Source: Bacteroidales bacterium
GTDB taxonomy: Bacteria; Bacteroidota; Bacteroidia; Bacteroidales; WCHB1-69
Length of the DNA stretch: 64,000 nt
Assembly (NCBI GenBank): GCA_017549765.1
Contig: JAFYNM010000009.1
Coordinates: 8,390 to 72,389 of the forward strand
Direction of reading: 5' to 3'
The translations under genes and the position numbers were made by a program. The notes under the pieces were generated by a model. That model worked only from the letters and a program-made list of their open reading frames with translations. It was not told the origin of the DNA and searched no databases. Positions 8,341-19,400 of this stretch are shown one piece after another. Each line of letters opens with the position of its first letter. Positions within the stretch are counted from its first letter, which is position 1.

Positions 8341-10148
8341 CTAAAGCTCAGTTCTTTCATACGTTTTTCAAGATCGGTACGTTCGACTTTCCGATTAAGG
8401 TAGAATTCAGCGAGAAGGCTGGCGATAGGACAGGCCACGGAAGCGCCGAATCCGCCGTTCTCCACAAGACAGAAAATCACAATCTTAGGGTCGTTGGCGG
8501 GGGCGATGAGGGCGAACACGGAGTGGTCTGCGCCGTGGGGGTTCTGGGCGGTGCCCGTCTTGCCGGCCACCTCAATACCCGGAATCTGGGCGCCACGGCC
8601 GGTACCTGCCGTCACCACCATCTTCATGCCCTGCAACACCGTGGCAAAGTGCTGGGGTTCTATCTTGGAGTAGATCTTCTGGCTGAACTCCGTGTTGAGG
8701 CTGTCGCGGTGACCAATGGCACGGACGATGTGCGGGCGGATGTAATAGCCCTGGTTGGCAATCACCGCCAGCATGTTGGCCATCTGCAAAGGCGTCACGG
8801 CCGCCTCACCCTGACCGATACCCATGGAGACCACCGTGTTGCCATTCCAAGAGTTGTTGTATTTCTTGTCGAAATAGGCGGCTGTCGGGATGCTGCCCTG
8901 CAACTCATACGGCAGGTCCGTCTCATATTTCTGGGCAAAGCCCATGGAGTGCATATAGTCAAGCCAGGCGGTATAGGCCTCGTCAATATTCTTGTATTTC
9001 TTCCTGTTGGACAAGATATTATAATAGGCGCGGCAGAAATAGGAGTTACAAGAGCGCTGAATGGCGGAATAGATATTCAGACCTCCGCAGTTGTGACAAT
9101 GCACCACGTGGTTGCCGATGTGATAACCTCCGCCGGAACAGGTGTACACAGAGGTGGGCGTCACAATATGTTCCTGCAGGGCGATGAGACCGTTGGCCAG
9201 CTTGAAGGTGGAGCCAGGTGGGTAGCTGGCCTGCAAAGCCCGGTTGAACAACGGCTTCTTGGGATCCTCCTGTAACATCACATAGTTCTTGGGGCGCGCC
9301 TTGCCTACCAATAGATTGGGATCGTAACTCGGACTGGAGATGATGCACAGGATCTCCCCCGTCTTGGGCTCGATGGCGACCACACTACCCCGCTTGTTCT
9401 GCATCAGCTCCTCGCCATAACGCTGCAACTCCATGTCCAGAGTACACCAAATCGACGTTCCTTGAATGGCTTGCTCGTCCTCTGCCCCATTGTCATAACT
9501 GCCCATCTCGCGGTTGTGGACATCCACCAACACCACATTCTGCCCTTTATGCCCGCGCAACACACTCTCGTAAGCTTTCTCTATGCCGCTCTTGCCGATA
9601 TAGTCACCCATCTTGTAGTAAGGGTCTTTGTCCATGTCGGCCTCGTTGACCTCACTCACATAGCCTAAAATATGGGCGGCGATGGGATAGGGATAGGAAC
9701 GCAGGGTTCTGTTCTGGACGAAGAATCCCGGGAAAGCATAGATTTTCTCCTGAAGGAATCCATAGTCCTCCTTGGAGATCTGTTGCTCAAACAAGGAAGG
9801 CAAGATCTTGGAATATTTGGCAGCTTTCTCGATTTTTTTCTCCACCTGCTCTTTAGTCAGCTCCAGCACCTGGCAGAGGGCTGCCGTGTCGAACTCGCGC
9901 AACTCGGCAGGCACCACCATCAGGTCGTAGGCGGCATCGTTGTACACCAACAAAGAATCGTTGCGGTCGTAGATAAGTCCACGCGCCGGATGTATCGTCT
10001 TGTAACGCAATGCATTCTGATTGGCCTTGGTCTTATAGCCTTTGTTTAATATCTGGATGTTAAACAATACGGCAAGATAGACGAGGGCCACTATTCCCAA
10101 AGCGGCTACAATGATAAAATACCGATTCTTCCCGTAACTGCTGTCCAT
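8337..10148 (-). CDS. mrdA: penicillin-binding protein 2 (transpeptidase)
   Basis: Carries the STFK, SCN and KTGTA active-site motifs and an N-terminal membrane anchor. Confidence 0.9.
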   Translation of the reverse strand: MDSSYGKNRYFIIVAALGIVALVYLAVLFNIQILNKGYKTKANQNALRYKTIHPARGLIYDRNDSLLVYNDAAYDLMVVPAELREFDTAALCQVLELTKEQVEKKIEKAAKYSKILPSLFEQQISKEDYGFLQEKIYAFPGFFVQNRTLRSYPYPIAAHILGYVSEVNEADMDKDPYYKMGDYIGKSGIEKAYESVLRGHKGQNVVLVDVHNREMGSYDNGAEDEQAIQGTSIWCTLDMELQRYGEELMQNKRGSVVAIEPKTGEILCIISSPSYDPNLLVGKARPKNYVMLQEDPKKPLFNRALQASYPPGSTFKLANGLIALQEHIVTPTSVYTCSGGGYHIGNHVVHCHNCGGLNIYSAIQRSCNSYFCRAYYNILSNRKKYKNIDEAYTAWLDYMHSMGFAQKYETDLPYELQGSIPTAAYFDKKYNNSWNGNTVVSMGIGQGEAAVTPLQMANMLAVIANQGYYIRPHIVRAIGHRDSLNTEFSQKIYSKIEPQHFATVLQGMKMVVTAGTGRGAQIPGIEVAGKTGTAQNPHGADHSVFALIAPANDPKIVIFCLVENGGFGASVACPIASLLAEFYLNRKVERTDLEKRMKELSFR

Positions 10149-11114
10149 CTACTTTGATCTCTGTTCTAAGTTCGAGATTACCTCTCTCAAAATAGCCTTC
10201 TTCTCGCTGGGAACACGCACTTTGTCGAGTTCATCCAGACTCTTCTCCAGATAGAGGTGTATGGCATGGCGGGTTTTGTCGGCCGTCTGCAGACGCTCAT
10301 AAAAGTCTTTCACTTTCTGGAATCTCTCATCAAAGGGCATCTCCGAGGATTCATAGCATTGACGTAAGGCTTTTTTCTCCTCGGGGGTGGCGTCTTGCAT
10401 GGCTTTAAGGTAGAGATAGGTCTTCTTGTTGTCCCGGATATCGCCGCCGACGGACTTCCCAAAGACCTCCGTATCGGCATAGACATCCAGCAGGTCGTCG
10501 GCCAGTTGGAAGGCAATGCCCAGATTGATACCGACTTGGTACAAGGCCTCCCGGCTCTCTTCATCAGCACCGGACAAGATGGCGCCGGACTTCAGGCAGC
10601 CCGCGAACATGACGGCCGTCTTGAGGTAGATCATGCGGATATACTCTTCAATTGTGACCTCTTCCTGGGTCTCAAAATCCATGTCATACTGCTGTCCTTC
10701 ACAGATTTCCAGCGTGCAGGTGGCAAACACGTTGGCAATGTCGAGGATCACGCGTTCCGGCATGTTCAGTTTGAGGAGTTGCTGGAAAGCCATGATAGCC
10801 AGCGCATCGCCGGAAAGGATAGCGCAGTTGGTGTTCCATTTCTGATACACCGTGGGCAGTCCGCGACGGATAGGGGCCTTGTCCATGATGTCGTCATGAA
10901 TCAGGGTGAAGTTATGCAGCATCTCAAAAGCGGCCGCCACATACTTGGCTTGCGACACATCCCCGCCGAACATCTTCACCACATGATATACCATCTGGGG
11001 ACGAAGTCTTTTCCCGGATTGCTGCATGGTATAAGCAATCGGAGCGTATAGGGTGTCAGGCTCTTTGCCTTCAAATAGCGTGTTGAAATAGTTTTCTAAA
11101 TCTTGCATAATCAA
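10149..11114 (-). CDS. polyprenyl diphosphate synthase (trans-isoprenyl diphosphate synthase family)
   Basis: First and second Asp-rich motifs HDDIMD and DDLLD. 321 aa. Chain length is not determinable from the sequence. Confidence 0.85.
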   Translation of the reverse strand: MIMQDLENYFNTLFEGKEPDTLYAPIAYTMQQSGKRLRPQMVYHVVKMFGGDVSQAKYVAAAFEMLHNFTLIHDDIMDKAPIRRGLPTVYQKWNTNCAILSGDALAIMAFQQLLKLNMPERVILDIANVFATCTLEICEGQQYDMDFETQEEVTIEEYIRMIYLKTAVMFAGCLKSGAILSGADEESREALYQVGINLGIAFQLADDLLDVYADTEVFGKSVGGDIRDNKKTYLYLKAMQDATPEEKKALRQCYESSEMPFDERFQKVKDFYERLQTADKTRHAIHLYLEKSLDELDKVRVPSEKKAILREVISNLEQRSK

Positions 11115-11246
11115 AACACATATGTTTGTTTGTTCATCACATCCCCGGCACTTCCCGTTCTCTCATACAACCCGTGTCTGCCACTTCCAGCGACAGACAC
11201 GTTTTTCAAAAAAGAGGCATGGACTATGTCTCTATGACAGCAGGTG

Positions 11247-11750
11247 TTAGAAGAAACGTTGCATGTCGGCCTTCAGGACCTGCATGGCGCGAGTGATGAT
11301 CGGTTTCTCCGCTGCCACTGTCAAAATAGCCTCTGCATAGTTCATCCCCTCGAAGTTATCCATCTGTTCCGCCACCGTGTTGATGATGGTGATGACATCA
11401 TCCATGGCATCGGTGACGCTTTTCCAGACCTCGTTGGAGATATAGATCTGCTGGGAGATATTGTGCTCATATTCGGAGCGGATGGCCGTCATCAGCAGAT
11501 TCTGCTCCTCCTCCACCGTCAGTCCGGGGGCGTGGATGCGCAACACCAACTGGTTAGGGTCTATTCGTTCCAAAAAGAGCGCCATACGCTCGTAAGCTTG
11601 CAGGCGCAAAGGCATCACGATATTGCGCGATGCCTTTGTCGCTTCCAAAGCCTGTTCGTTCATACTCTTGGTTATCCACTGCTTGGAGATGGCTACTGCA
11701 CCTAACATCAGCAGCAGGAAACATATTACGATGACAAGTTCTGTTGACAT
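11247..11750 (-). CDS. hypothetical membrane-anchored protein
   Basis: The N-terminal TM helix is LVIVICFLLLMLGAVAI and the rest is predicted helical. It lies immediately downstream of glnA in the same orientation. No family recognised. Confidence 0.55.
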   Translation of the reverse strand: MSTELVIVICFLLLMLGAVAISKQWITKSMNEQALEATKASRNIVMPLRLQAYERMALFLERIDPNQLVLRIHAPGLTVEEEQNLLMTAIRSEYEHNISQQIYISNEVWKSVTDAMDDVITIINTVAEQMDNFEGMNYAEAILTVAAEKPIITRAMQVLKADMQRFF

Positions 11751-11765
11751 GCTGACAAAATTTTA

Positions 11766-13274
11766 TTAGCCGCAATAGAAATAGTCCGCCACCATCTTCT
11801 CCATCAGCTCGGGTTTCTTCTCTATCTCCTTGCGTACATTCTTGTCATTGAAAGATTTCAGTCTCTTCACAATATCGTCGATCATCTCGCGGTTGAAGAC
11901 GCCGTGTTTTTCGAAGATATGGCGATTGCGACTCAGCTCGTCGGCCGACTCCCAGCAGGAGGCGGGCAGTTGGGCGAGGCTGTTCAGCAGCTCGGCATTC
12001 TCCGCTTTGTGGATATTGACATCCACATAGGTCTTCTTGGCGAAGTCGAGCGCTCCTTCCATCTCGAAGCCATGGCGGGCGGCGCACACCAGACCGGCGA
12101 TGAGCAGGTAGATGTCGGCGGAACCATCCGGACAACGGAATTCCACGGTTTGCTTCTGGGAACGATCGGCTTTCTCAGCCTTCTCCAGCGGGTTCAGGTC
12201 GGCCACGATATCGTTTTTGTGAGTCCAGCCCAGCGGAACGCGCACGAGGACAGAACGGTTGCGGTCGCCCCAGCAGATGGAGGTGGGAGCCTCCTGATGC
12301 GGCACAAGACGGAAGTATGAGGTCGGGTTGGTATTGCCAAAGGCCGTCAAAGAACCGGCACAGGTCATATAACCGGCAATGGCGGTATGGGCAATGGAGT
12401 TCAGCTTGCCCTTGGTCACATACTGGTTCTTGCCGTTTTCATCCACAATACGGGTGTGGATGTGCAGACCACTACCAGCTTTGCCCGTCGTGATCTTCGG
12501 AGCGAAGGTCACATCAAGACCATACTGATAGGCCAGATTGCGGATGATCCACTTGGCGATGATCAACTGGTTGGCAGCCTCCACGGCATCGGTGACCAGA
12601 AACTCTATCTCGTTCTGCTCATAGATCTTGCCGTCCATGGTGAAGTTGCCCACCTCGGAGTGACCATATTTGATCATGCCGCCGGCCTTGGCAATGTTGT
12701 ACATGCACTCGGCACGGAAGGACTCAAACTTGGTGAACGGAGCTGACTCGTGATAACCTTTCTGGTCTGGAATCGTATAGAGGTCCTCGGCATCACCGAT
12801 CACATAATACTCCAGCTCGCCCATGGCCTGGAAATAGAAGCCCGTGACTTCCGTGAAGGACTTGCAAGCCTTGCGCAGAATGTACTCCGGGGAGTTCTCC
12901 AGCGGTTGACCATCCTTGTTGTAATAGGAACAGAGCAACGACAATGTCGGGATCTCTGCAAACGGGTTGATGAAGGCGGTGGAAAAACGGGGGATGACGT
13001 AGAGATCGCTGGAACCTGCCTGGATGAATGACGGGAAGATGTTAGAGCCATCCACACGCTCACCATTGGACAGCACCTGCTCCAAGTACTCTTTGTCGTT
13101 AATGATAAATCCTAACGTCTTGATACGGCCGTCTTCAGCCACATAATGGAAATTGATCATCTTGATTTCCAACTCCTCCACTGCGTGGATAATGTCTGCT
13201 TTGGTAAAATCTTTAGGGGATTTTTTCAGCAACTGAACCAAAGGATTCATGTTCATTGTAAGATTGTCTTTCAT
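11766..13274 (-). CDS. glnA: glutamine synthetase family protein (~500 aa form)
   Basis: GS beta-grasp and catalytic regions, including KAGSGLHIHT and NPTSYFRL-type motifs. Confidence 0.8.
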   Translation of the reverse strand: MKDNLTMNMNPLVQLLKKSPKDFTKADIIHAVEELEIKMINFHYVAEDGRIKTLGFIINDKEYLEQVLSNGERVDGSNIFPSFIQAGSSDLYVIPRFSTAFINPFAEIPTLSLLCSYYNKDGQPLENSPEYILRKACKSFTEVTGFYFQAMGELEYYVIGDAEDLYTIPDQKGYHESAPFTKFESFRAECMYNIAKAGGMIKYGHSEVGNFTMDGKIYEQNEIEFLVTDAVEAANQLIIAKWIIRNLAYQYGLDVTFAPKITTGKAGSGLHIHTRIVDENGKNQYVTKGKLNSIAHTAIAGYMTCAGSLTAFGNTNPTSYFRLVPHQEAPTSICWGDRNRSVLVRVPLGWTHKNDIVADLNPLEKAEKADRSQKQTVEFRCPDGSADIYLLIAGLVCAARHGFEMEGALDFAKKTYVDVNIHKAENAELLNSLAQLPASCWESADELSRNRHIFEKHGVFNREMIDDIVKRLKSFNDKNVRKEIEKKPELMEKMVADYFYCG

Positions 13275-13310
13275 ATAAAGAGATTTTTATAATTGTCTTT
13301 TTTGCGGGTG

Positions 13311-13318
13311 CAAATATA
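13311..13318 (-). promoter_or_regulatory. -7 box TATATTTG for glnA
   Basis: The plus strand reads CAAATATA, ~37 nt upstream of the start at 13274. Confidence 0.55.
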
Positions 13319-13353
13319 GTGATTTTTCTGATGAAAAAATAGTTGTGCATAAA

Positions 13354-13386
13354 TAAAAAAGGCTGCCCTTGAAAGAGCAGCCTTTT
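13354..13386 (-). terminator. intrinsic terminator of the giant surface-protein gene
   Basis: The stem aaggctgc / gcagcctt is followed by a T-run in the minus sense. Confidence 0.7.
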
Positions 13387-13408
13387 GGTTTAAGTAACAG
13401 ATTACCGA

Positions 13409-16400
13409 TTATTTGGTCAGATGCAGTTTGTAGTTGCATGTACCGTATTCGGTAGCCAGGCGAACCAGGTAGGTGCCGGTAGCCACGTTCATGGAAATCA
13501 CCTCGCTGGTGCCGTTTACACTGCCCGTGTAGAGGAGTTTGCCATAAACATCGTAAATCTGTACATTGTCAATGCGGATACCGTTCTCGTTGACGATATA
13601 GACATTGTTGGTTTCGCTGTACACATTGATCATGTCTTTGATGTGCTCCTCAATACCATCAGGATTTTGGAAGACATCCAGTGTTCTGAACATGGTACCA
13701 TTTGTCCAGTCGCTCGGGTTGTTAGCCACACAGTTGGCGCGAACCATCCAGATGTAGGTGGTGCTCGGGGTCAGACCCGTGAGCGTGTAGGTGGTTTGCG
13801 TCGTATTGGTAGTCGTGAAGGTGGCGTCCGTGACAGCCTTGTATTGGATATCATAGGATACAGCACCGGCGTGATACCAGTAGAGCGTAGCAGAAGTGGT
13901 GTCAACGAAGATCGTCTGCATGTTGGTCGGCAGCTCACACTCTTGCAACTTGAAGGTCACATTGATCGTGTGGTTAGCCACTACATTGACGAAGGTGTAG
14001 GAGCTGATAGCACCCATGCTCATACCGTCAACCATCACATTGGCCACCTCATAGCCATTAGCCGGGGTGAAGGAGTAAGACTTGTTGTCACCGAAGTTGA
14101 CCGTGGCAACACCAGACGGAGTAATCGTACCGTTGGCGCCAGCGGAAGCGGTGATTGTGTAAGTCTTAGCCGTCATTGTGGCGGTCAACGTGGCATTGGC
14201 CGTAACCGCAGGCAACGTGAGCGTGTAAACACCATTCACTTGCGGAGTGTTGCCGATCACGTTCGTGCCGTTAAGCGTAATAGCCGTCACATTGTATCCA
14301 ATGTTCGGGGTGATCACGAAGGAAGGAGTAGCACCATATTGAACGGTGATAGTACCCGGCGTGATGTCACCGTGAGCAGGTTGCGTAACGGTCACGGTGT
14401 ATTCGTTGATGTCGAAGGCAGCGTAGATGGTGTGGTTAGCCGTAACACCCGTGAAGGTGTAAGAAGTAACAGCACCCACAGAAGCACCGTCCACATAGAC
14501 ATCGGCGATGTGATAACCGGCAGAAGGAGTGATGGTGTAGGTCTGGTTTCCATTGTAAACCATGTTGGTGACACCGTTCGGAGTGATCACACCACCGTTG
14601 CCGGCAGTAGCCGTGATGGTATATTGATACTGGGCGAAGGTGGCAGCAATGGTGTGGTTAGCAGAAACCGGAGCGAAGGTGTAGGAAGTCACAGCACCCA
14701 CAGAAACACCATCCACCGTCACGTCTGCGATACCATAACCGGCATTCGGAACGATGTTGAAGGTCGGGGTGGCGTTCTCGCCCACCGTGGTGGTACCCGG
14801 GTTGATAGTACCATTTTCACCGGCATTCACTGTGATCGTGTACTCGTATTGAGCAAAGGTAGCGCTGATCGTATGGTTGGCGCTGATATGGGCGAAGGTG
14901 TAGGTCATAGACGTCAAGGCGTTGGCCTGTGTGTAGTCGGTTGTCACGCCATCCACCGTCACAGAAGCGATGTAGTAACCGTTGGCAGCATTGATAGCAT
15001 AAACGGCATCCGTGGTGTAAACATAGTTGGATTCACCAGCAGGCGTAATGGTACCGTGGGCACCAGCCGTAGCCGTAACCGTGTAGTTGTTCGGGTCGAA
15101 ACGAACCACATAGTTGTAGTCGCTCAAAATGTTCGTCAACGTCTCAGTATAGGCAGAGAACGGATCAACGATCGTCAACTCCTCATTGTTGCGCAAGATG
15201 CTGGCGATATGGGCGTTGGCAGCAGGAGTAGCAACGAAGTTGTACGTGTTGGCCGGGTCATACACGAAGGTAGCACCAGGAGTTACCGTACCATTGCCAT
15301 AAGCAGTCGTGGTGACAACATAGGTGTTCGGAGCGAAGGTGATGATGAAGGTGTAGTCATGTGCAACATTGGTGATTACCCAATCCGTGATAGGACCATA
15401 GTCCACACCGTTGATGTTCACATTCTCTACGTGATAACCTGCATCGGGAACAAAGGTGATGTAAATGTCTTCACCATTAGCATAGGTCTCACTCCAAGAA
15501 GCAGGAGCCGTGTAGAAATCGCCATTTACATAACCCTGACCACCATCAACCACATAGTTGAAGAGGTTAGCGCGTGTGAAGTTGGCAATCAAGACATCGT
15601 TGGCAGCTACCGTATGATGATAGATGACACCCTGAGCCACATTGCCGTAAGTAGCGACAATCTGGCCGTTCAAGGTCACATTCTGCAAATAGTAGTTTGC
15701 ATCAGGATTCATCACGAAGGTCACATTCTCACCCTCGGTGGCCATGATTTGACCGCTCGGCGTGATCGTACCGTTACCGTTAGCCAAAGCTGTCATGGTG
15801 ACCATCTTCTTAACCGTCAAAGCCTTGACAGACATTCCAAGACCACCAGCCTCGCTGTTGGCCAAGAAACCGAAGTTGTAGGTTCCGTCAGCCGGGATGT
15901 TGATGTAGTGGGTAGCTGTGAGGTACGTATCGTTGGAAGCATTCGTATATTGAGCCAACAGGTTGGTCATATCGGCCACTTGTCCACCTTGACCATAATA
16001 TACGGCAAAGCTCTCAGGGATAGCACTGTTGTTCACCTTATAGTCGTAGGTTACTTTATACATACCTGCGGTGAGATCATAACAAGGCGTGATAATCCAG
16101 TTGTTGAGATTAACAAAATCGCTATGCGGAGCATTCATCGTGGTGCCGGAGATGGTCCAGTTGACACCATTGCCATACACGTCAATGACATTCCAGCCGT
16201 CGGAACCCACTTGGGAACCGCTGACAGGCAGTACAGGATAAGGAGCCGTCATCGGGGCAATCTCGTTGATGCCAGTCAGACTGACAGTATTGTCATTCCA
16301 CAATGTGGAAGGCTCGTTGGAAGCATAAACGGAAACTTCAATCTCGTTACCTGTCGTCTGGGTGAAAACAACCGGCGTCGTGAAGGTGACCGAGGTGCCT

Positions 16401-19400
16401 TGGTCAGCAGGCAATTGTACGTAGAAGGTCTCCGTAACAACTGCACCACCATTAACGCTATAGGTACCCGTCAAAGAGGTGATATGATCAATACCCGTGT
16501 TGGTAACAAAAGCGGTAATATGTTGGCCACTCAGGTCACAAGCATCGGCAATGCCGCTGATGCCGTTCAACTCAGTATTGATGGTCTGAGGAATAACACA
16601 TGCTACGTTGAAAGCGAAGCCGCTGTAGCAAACACTACCGTCAGACTCCAAGTGGATGGTGACAGGACCGTTGACGGTGAAGTCCACTTCGCCGCTACCA
16701 GTCAGTTCATAAAGTTGCGTATTGTTGGCATCGTAGATATAGATGTAATCCCAGTTAGTCTCCATATTATAGGTACCGGTAAAATGCAAGCTAGCACCTG
16801 CAACACCAGGATTGATCACCATCGTTTCATCAGAATAGGTCTCATAGTTGCCAGTAGCACCGCCATTGTCATAGATAATAGCGTCGCAAGTGGTCACATT
16901 GACATCTTCGCCCATCACATACACATCGGTCTCCACTACTGGCGGTTCTTCACCACCCACGCACTCTACGTGGAAAGCGAAACCAGAGTAGCAAACGCTG
17001 CCGTCAGACTCCAAGACGATGGTAATAGCACCTTGAGTAGTGATATCCACAGTGCCGTAGTCTGTCAATTCTGCCAACAGGTTGTTGTTGGCGTCATAGA
17101 TGGAAACATAGTCATAGCCATCTTCCATATCATAGGTACCGGTGATGTGTAATCCAGCACCAGGAGTGGAAGGCGTGACAACGAGAGTCTCATCAGAGTA
17201 GGTGAGATAATTGCCAGTAGGACCGCCATCATCATAAATGTAAGCGTCACAGGTGGTCACATTGAAGTCTTGACCCATCACAAAGACATCGGGCTCGACA
17301 ACCGTACCGCCGGTAGTAACGACAATCTCATTAGGAGTACCGACATTTCCATTGGCACAAATCGGATAAACTACAAAGCTATAGCTCGTAGCATCAGCAA
17401 GACCATTGATGGTAGCTGAAGTGGCAGTGGTGGTAATTTGCGTACCTGCACCAACTGCAAAGCCTTCCTCACCATATTCTAATACGTAGGAATCAGCACC
17501 TGTTGCCGTCCAGTTCACGGTTAAGGAGGTCTCTGTCACATTAGAAGTTGTCACACCTGTAACTTCTGCCTCACAAAGGACAGGATCGTTACACGGAGGA
17601 AGGATGTTGAATTTGATATTTGGAACGTATGTGGTTTTTGTACCAGACTGAGAAACATTGGTAATGTCGGCATAAGCCGTGTTGGAATCGCTTTGACGAT
17701 AGAGACAACGGTTAGATAAAGAAGTATAGTAGAATTTCAAGCTTGAGTTGTAGCTGGAACAAGTCTTGGTTACAACCACTACCAAGTTGTCTGTACCATT
17801 ATACATGAACGGAGTCTCCAAGTCGAATGTTAACCAACCAGTAGAAGAACCTATGGTTTGATTCGTGGAAGAATACACCAAGGTCAGATCATTGGCCGGA
17901 GTCCAGTCAGTGGTAGAAGCAAACGTGGTTCTGGAAGTATGGGCCAAGTAAATATTGATGGTACTTGCTGTCCAGTTGGCAGCATTGGAAACATTATAGG
18001 CAATGCTGGTGATAGGTCCAGCCTGGCCAATTTCACTTGCTAAGTATATAACCTCGTTTCTAGAATTTTTGTAGAAGTTGTTAAACGGAGCAGTATAAGT
18101 CGTGCTGGTTCCCGTACCAACGATAACTTCAGGATCTCCAGAAGCGGTGGAACAAGGAATATAAGCAGAAGCATAAGTAAATCCGCTTTCTGTAGTGCCG
18201 TTGTTACAAATAGCGCTTACGCGGAAATCATAAGTAGTAGCAGTCTGGAGACCAGAGAGCGTAACGGTCGGAGTGCCCGTCACCATGACAGGGGCAGACC
18301 AAACAGGAGAATCGCTGAACTTGGAATAGACAGCCCAGGTGTTCTGCTCAGGATCAGCATCCCAAGTGAGCGTCACATCTTGGTTGGCATTCACCACAGC
18401 CACCAAGTTGGCAGGATCGGTACATCCCGTCTCAGGTGTGGTGAAAGTATAAGGAGCAGACCACTCGCTGGTGTCGCCCTCGCCACAAATGGTTCTCACA
18501 TACACCGTGTAGTCGGTCAGACCGGCGAGACCCATCAGCAGACCTTCCGTAGTCGTGAAGGTGAACGTGTTGGTGGTCGTGCCATTAGCGTTGCAAATCA
18601 CCTGATAGCTTTGAGGTGTACCCATATCACCATTGGTCCAGGTGAGCAGCTTGGAGGTGATATTGTAGTTCGTGATGGTCGGAGCGGAACAAGACGGAGC
18701 ATAATCAACCAAAATATTATCTACAGTGAACGCATTATAGCCAGTCGAAGGCTTCGGAGCCTTGAAGGCAATATATTGGCCGTTGCCGGTGTAGTTGTTT
18801 AAATATATGGTATAATTATTATATGTAGTAGCACCCGTTTCATAGTGTGAACCTAAAGATACGAAAGTGGAAGGATCCGTAGGATCGGTCATCACACCGA
18901 CTTCAAGTTCGGCACAATAGGAAGTACCTGTGTTATAGCCACGCAAATCAAAATTGACCATCAATTGGTTAACAGGAACATCCGTGACAGGCATAATAGC
19001 ATATTGGTCTGCATAACCAGAAGAAGTGTACATGTAGAAACGCAAGGAGTTGACACCGCTGGCTGCATAGGAAGAAGAGTTATACGTCTGCGGATATCCC
19101 GGATAGGAGGTGCCGGCATTATGATAGCTCCAGCAAGGAGGCATCACATGGCTTACAACGGTGGAAGCTGTGGATCCTGCATAACCATCAAAATTCTGGG
19201 TATAAGGAATGGTCATGGCTACACATCCCGTAGTGAAAGAGGCAGAAGTACTGTACGTGGAATAGGTGTTCTCTTCACATTGAGAAGCCACCATAACGGT
19301 ATAATGAGTCTCGTTGGGGTTCAAGCCCGTCAGCGTGTAGCTGTTGCCGGAAATACCCGTAATGATCTCATCGGCAGCATTCGGAGTGGAGACCTTGATA

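Noticed and set aside
11173-11206. Hairpin cgtgtctg / cagacacg followed by TTTTT on the plus strand, between two minus-strand genes
   Set aside because: The T-run is on the wrong strand to terminate either neighbour, and no plus-strand gene lies upstream. It may insulate against antisense transcription, but I cannot support a specific call.
13421-17152. 1243-aa ORF on the plus strand, one of the longest in the track
   Set aside because: It lies exactly antisense to the repeat-rich 3' third of the 3108-aa gene. Its translation is low-complexity (V/G/R/S/H-rich) with no motifs. The sense strand encodes clear FN3/CUB/B-repeat/CTD domains. The absence of antisense stops follows from the Thr/Gly/Val/Asn-rich codon usage, which has few TTA/CTA/TCA codons.
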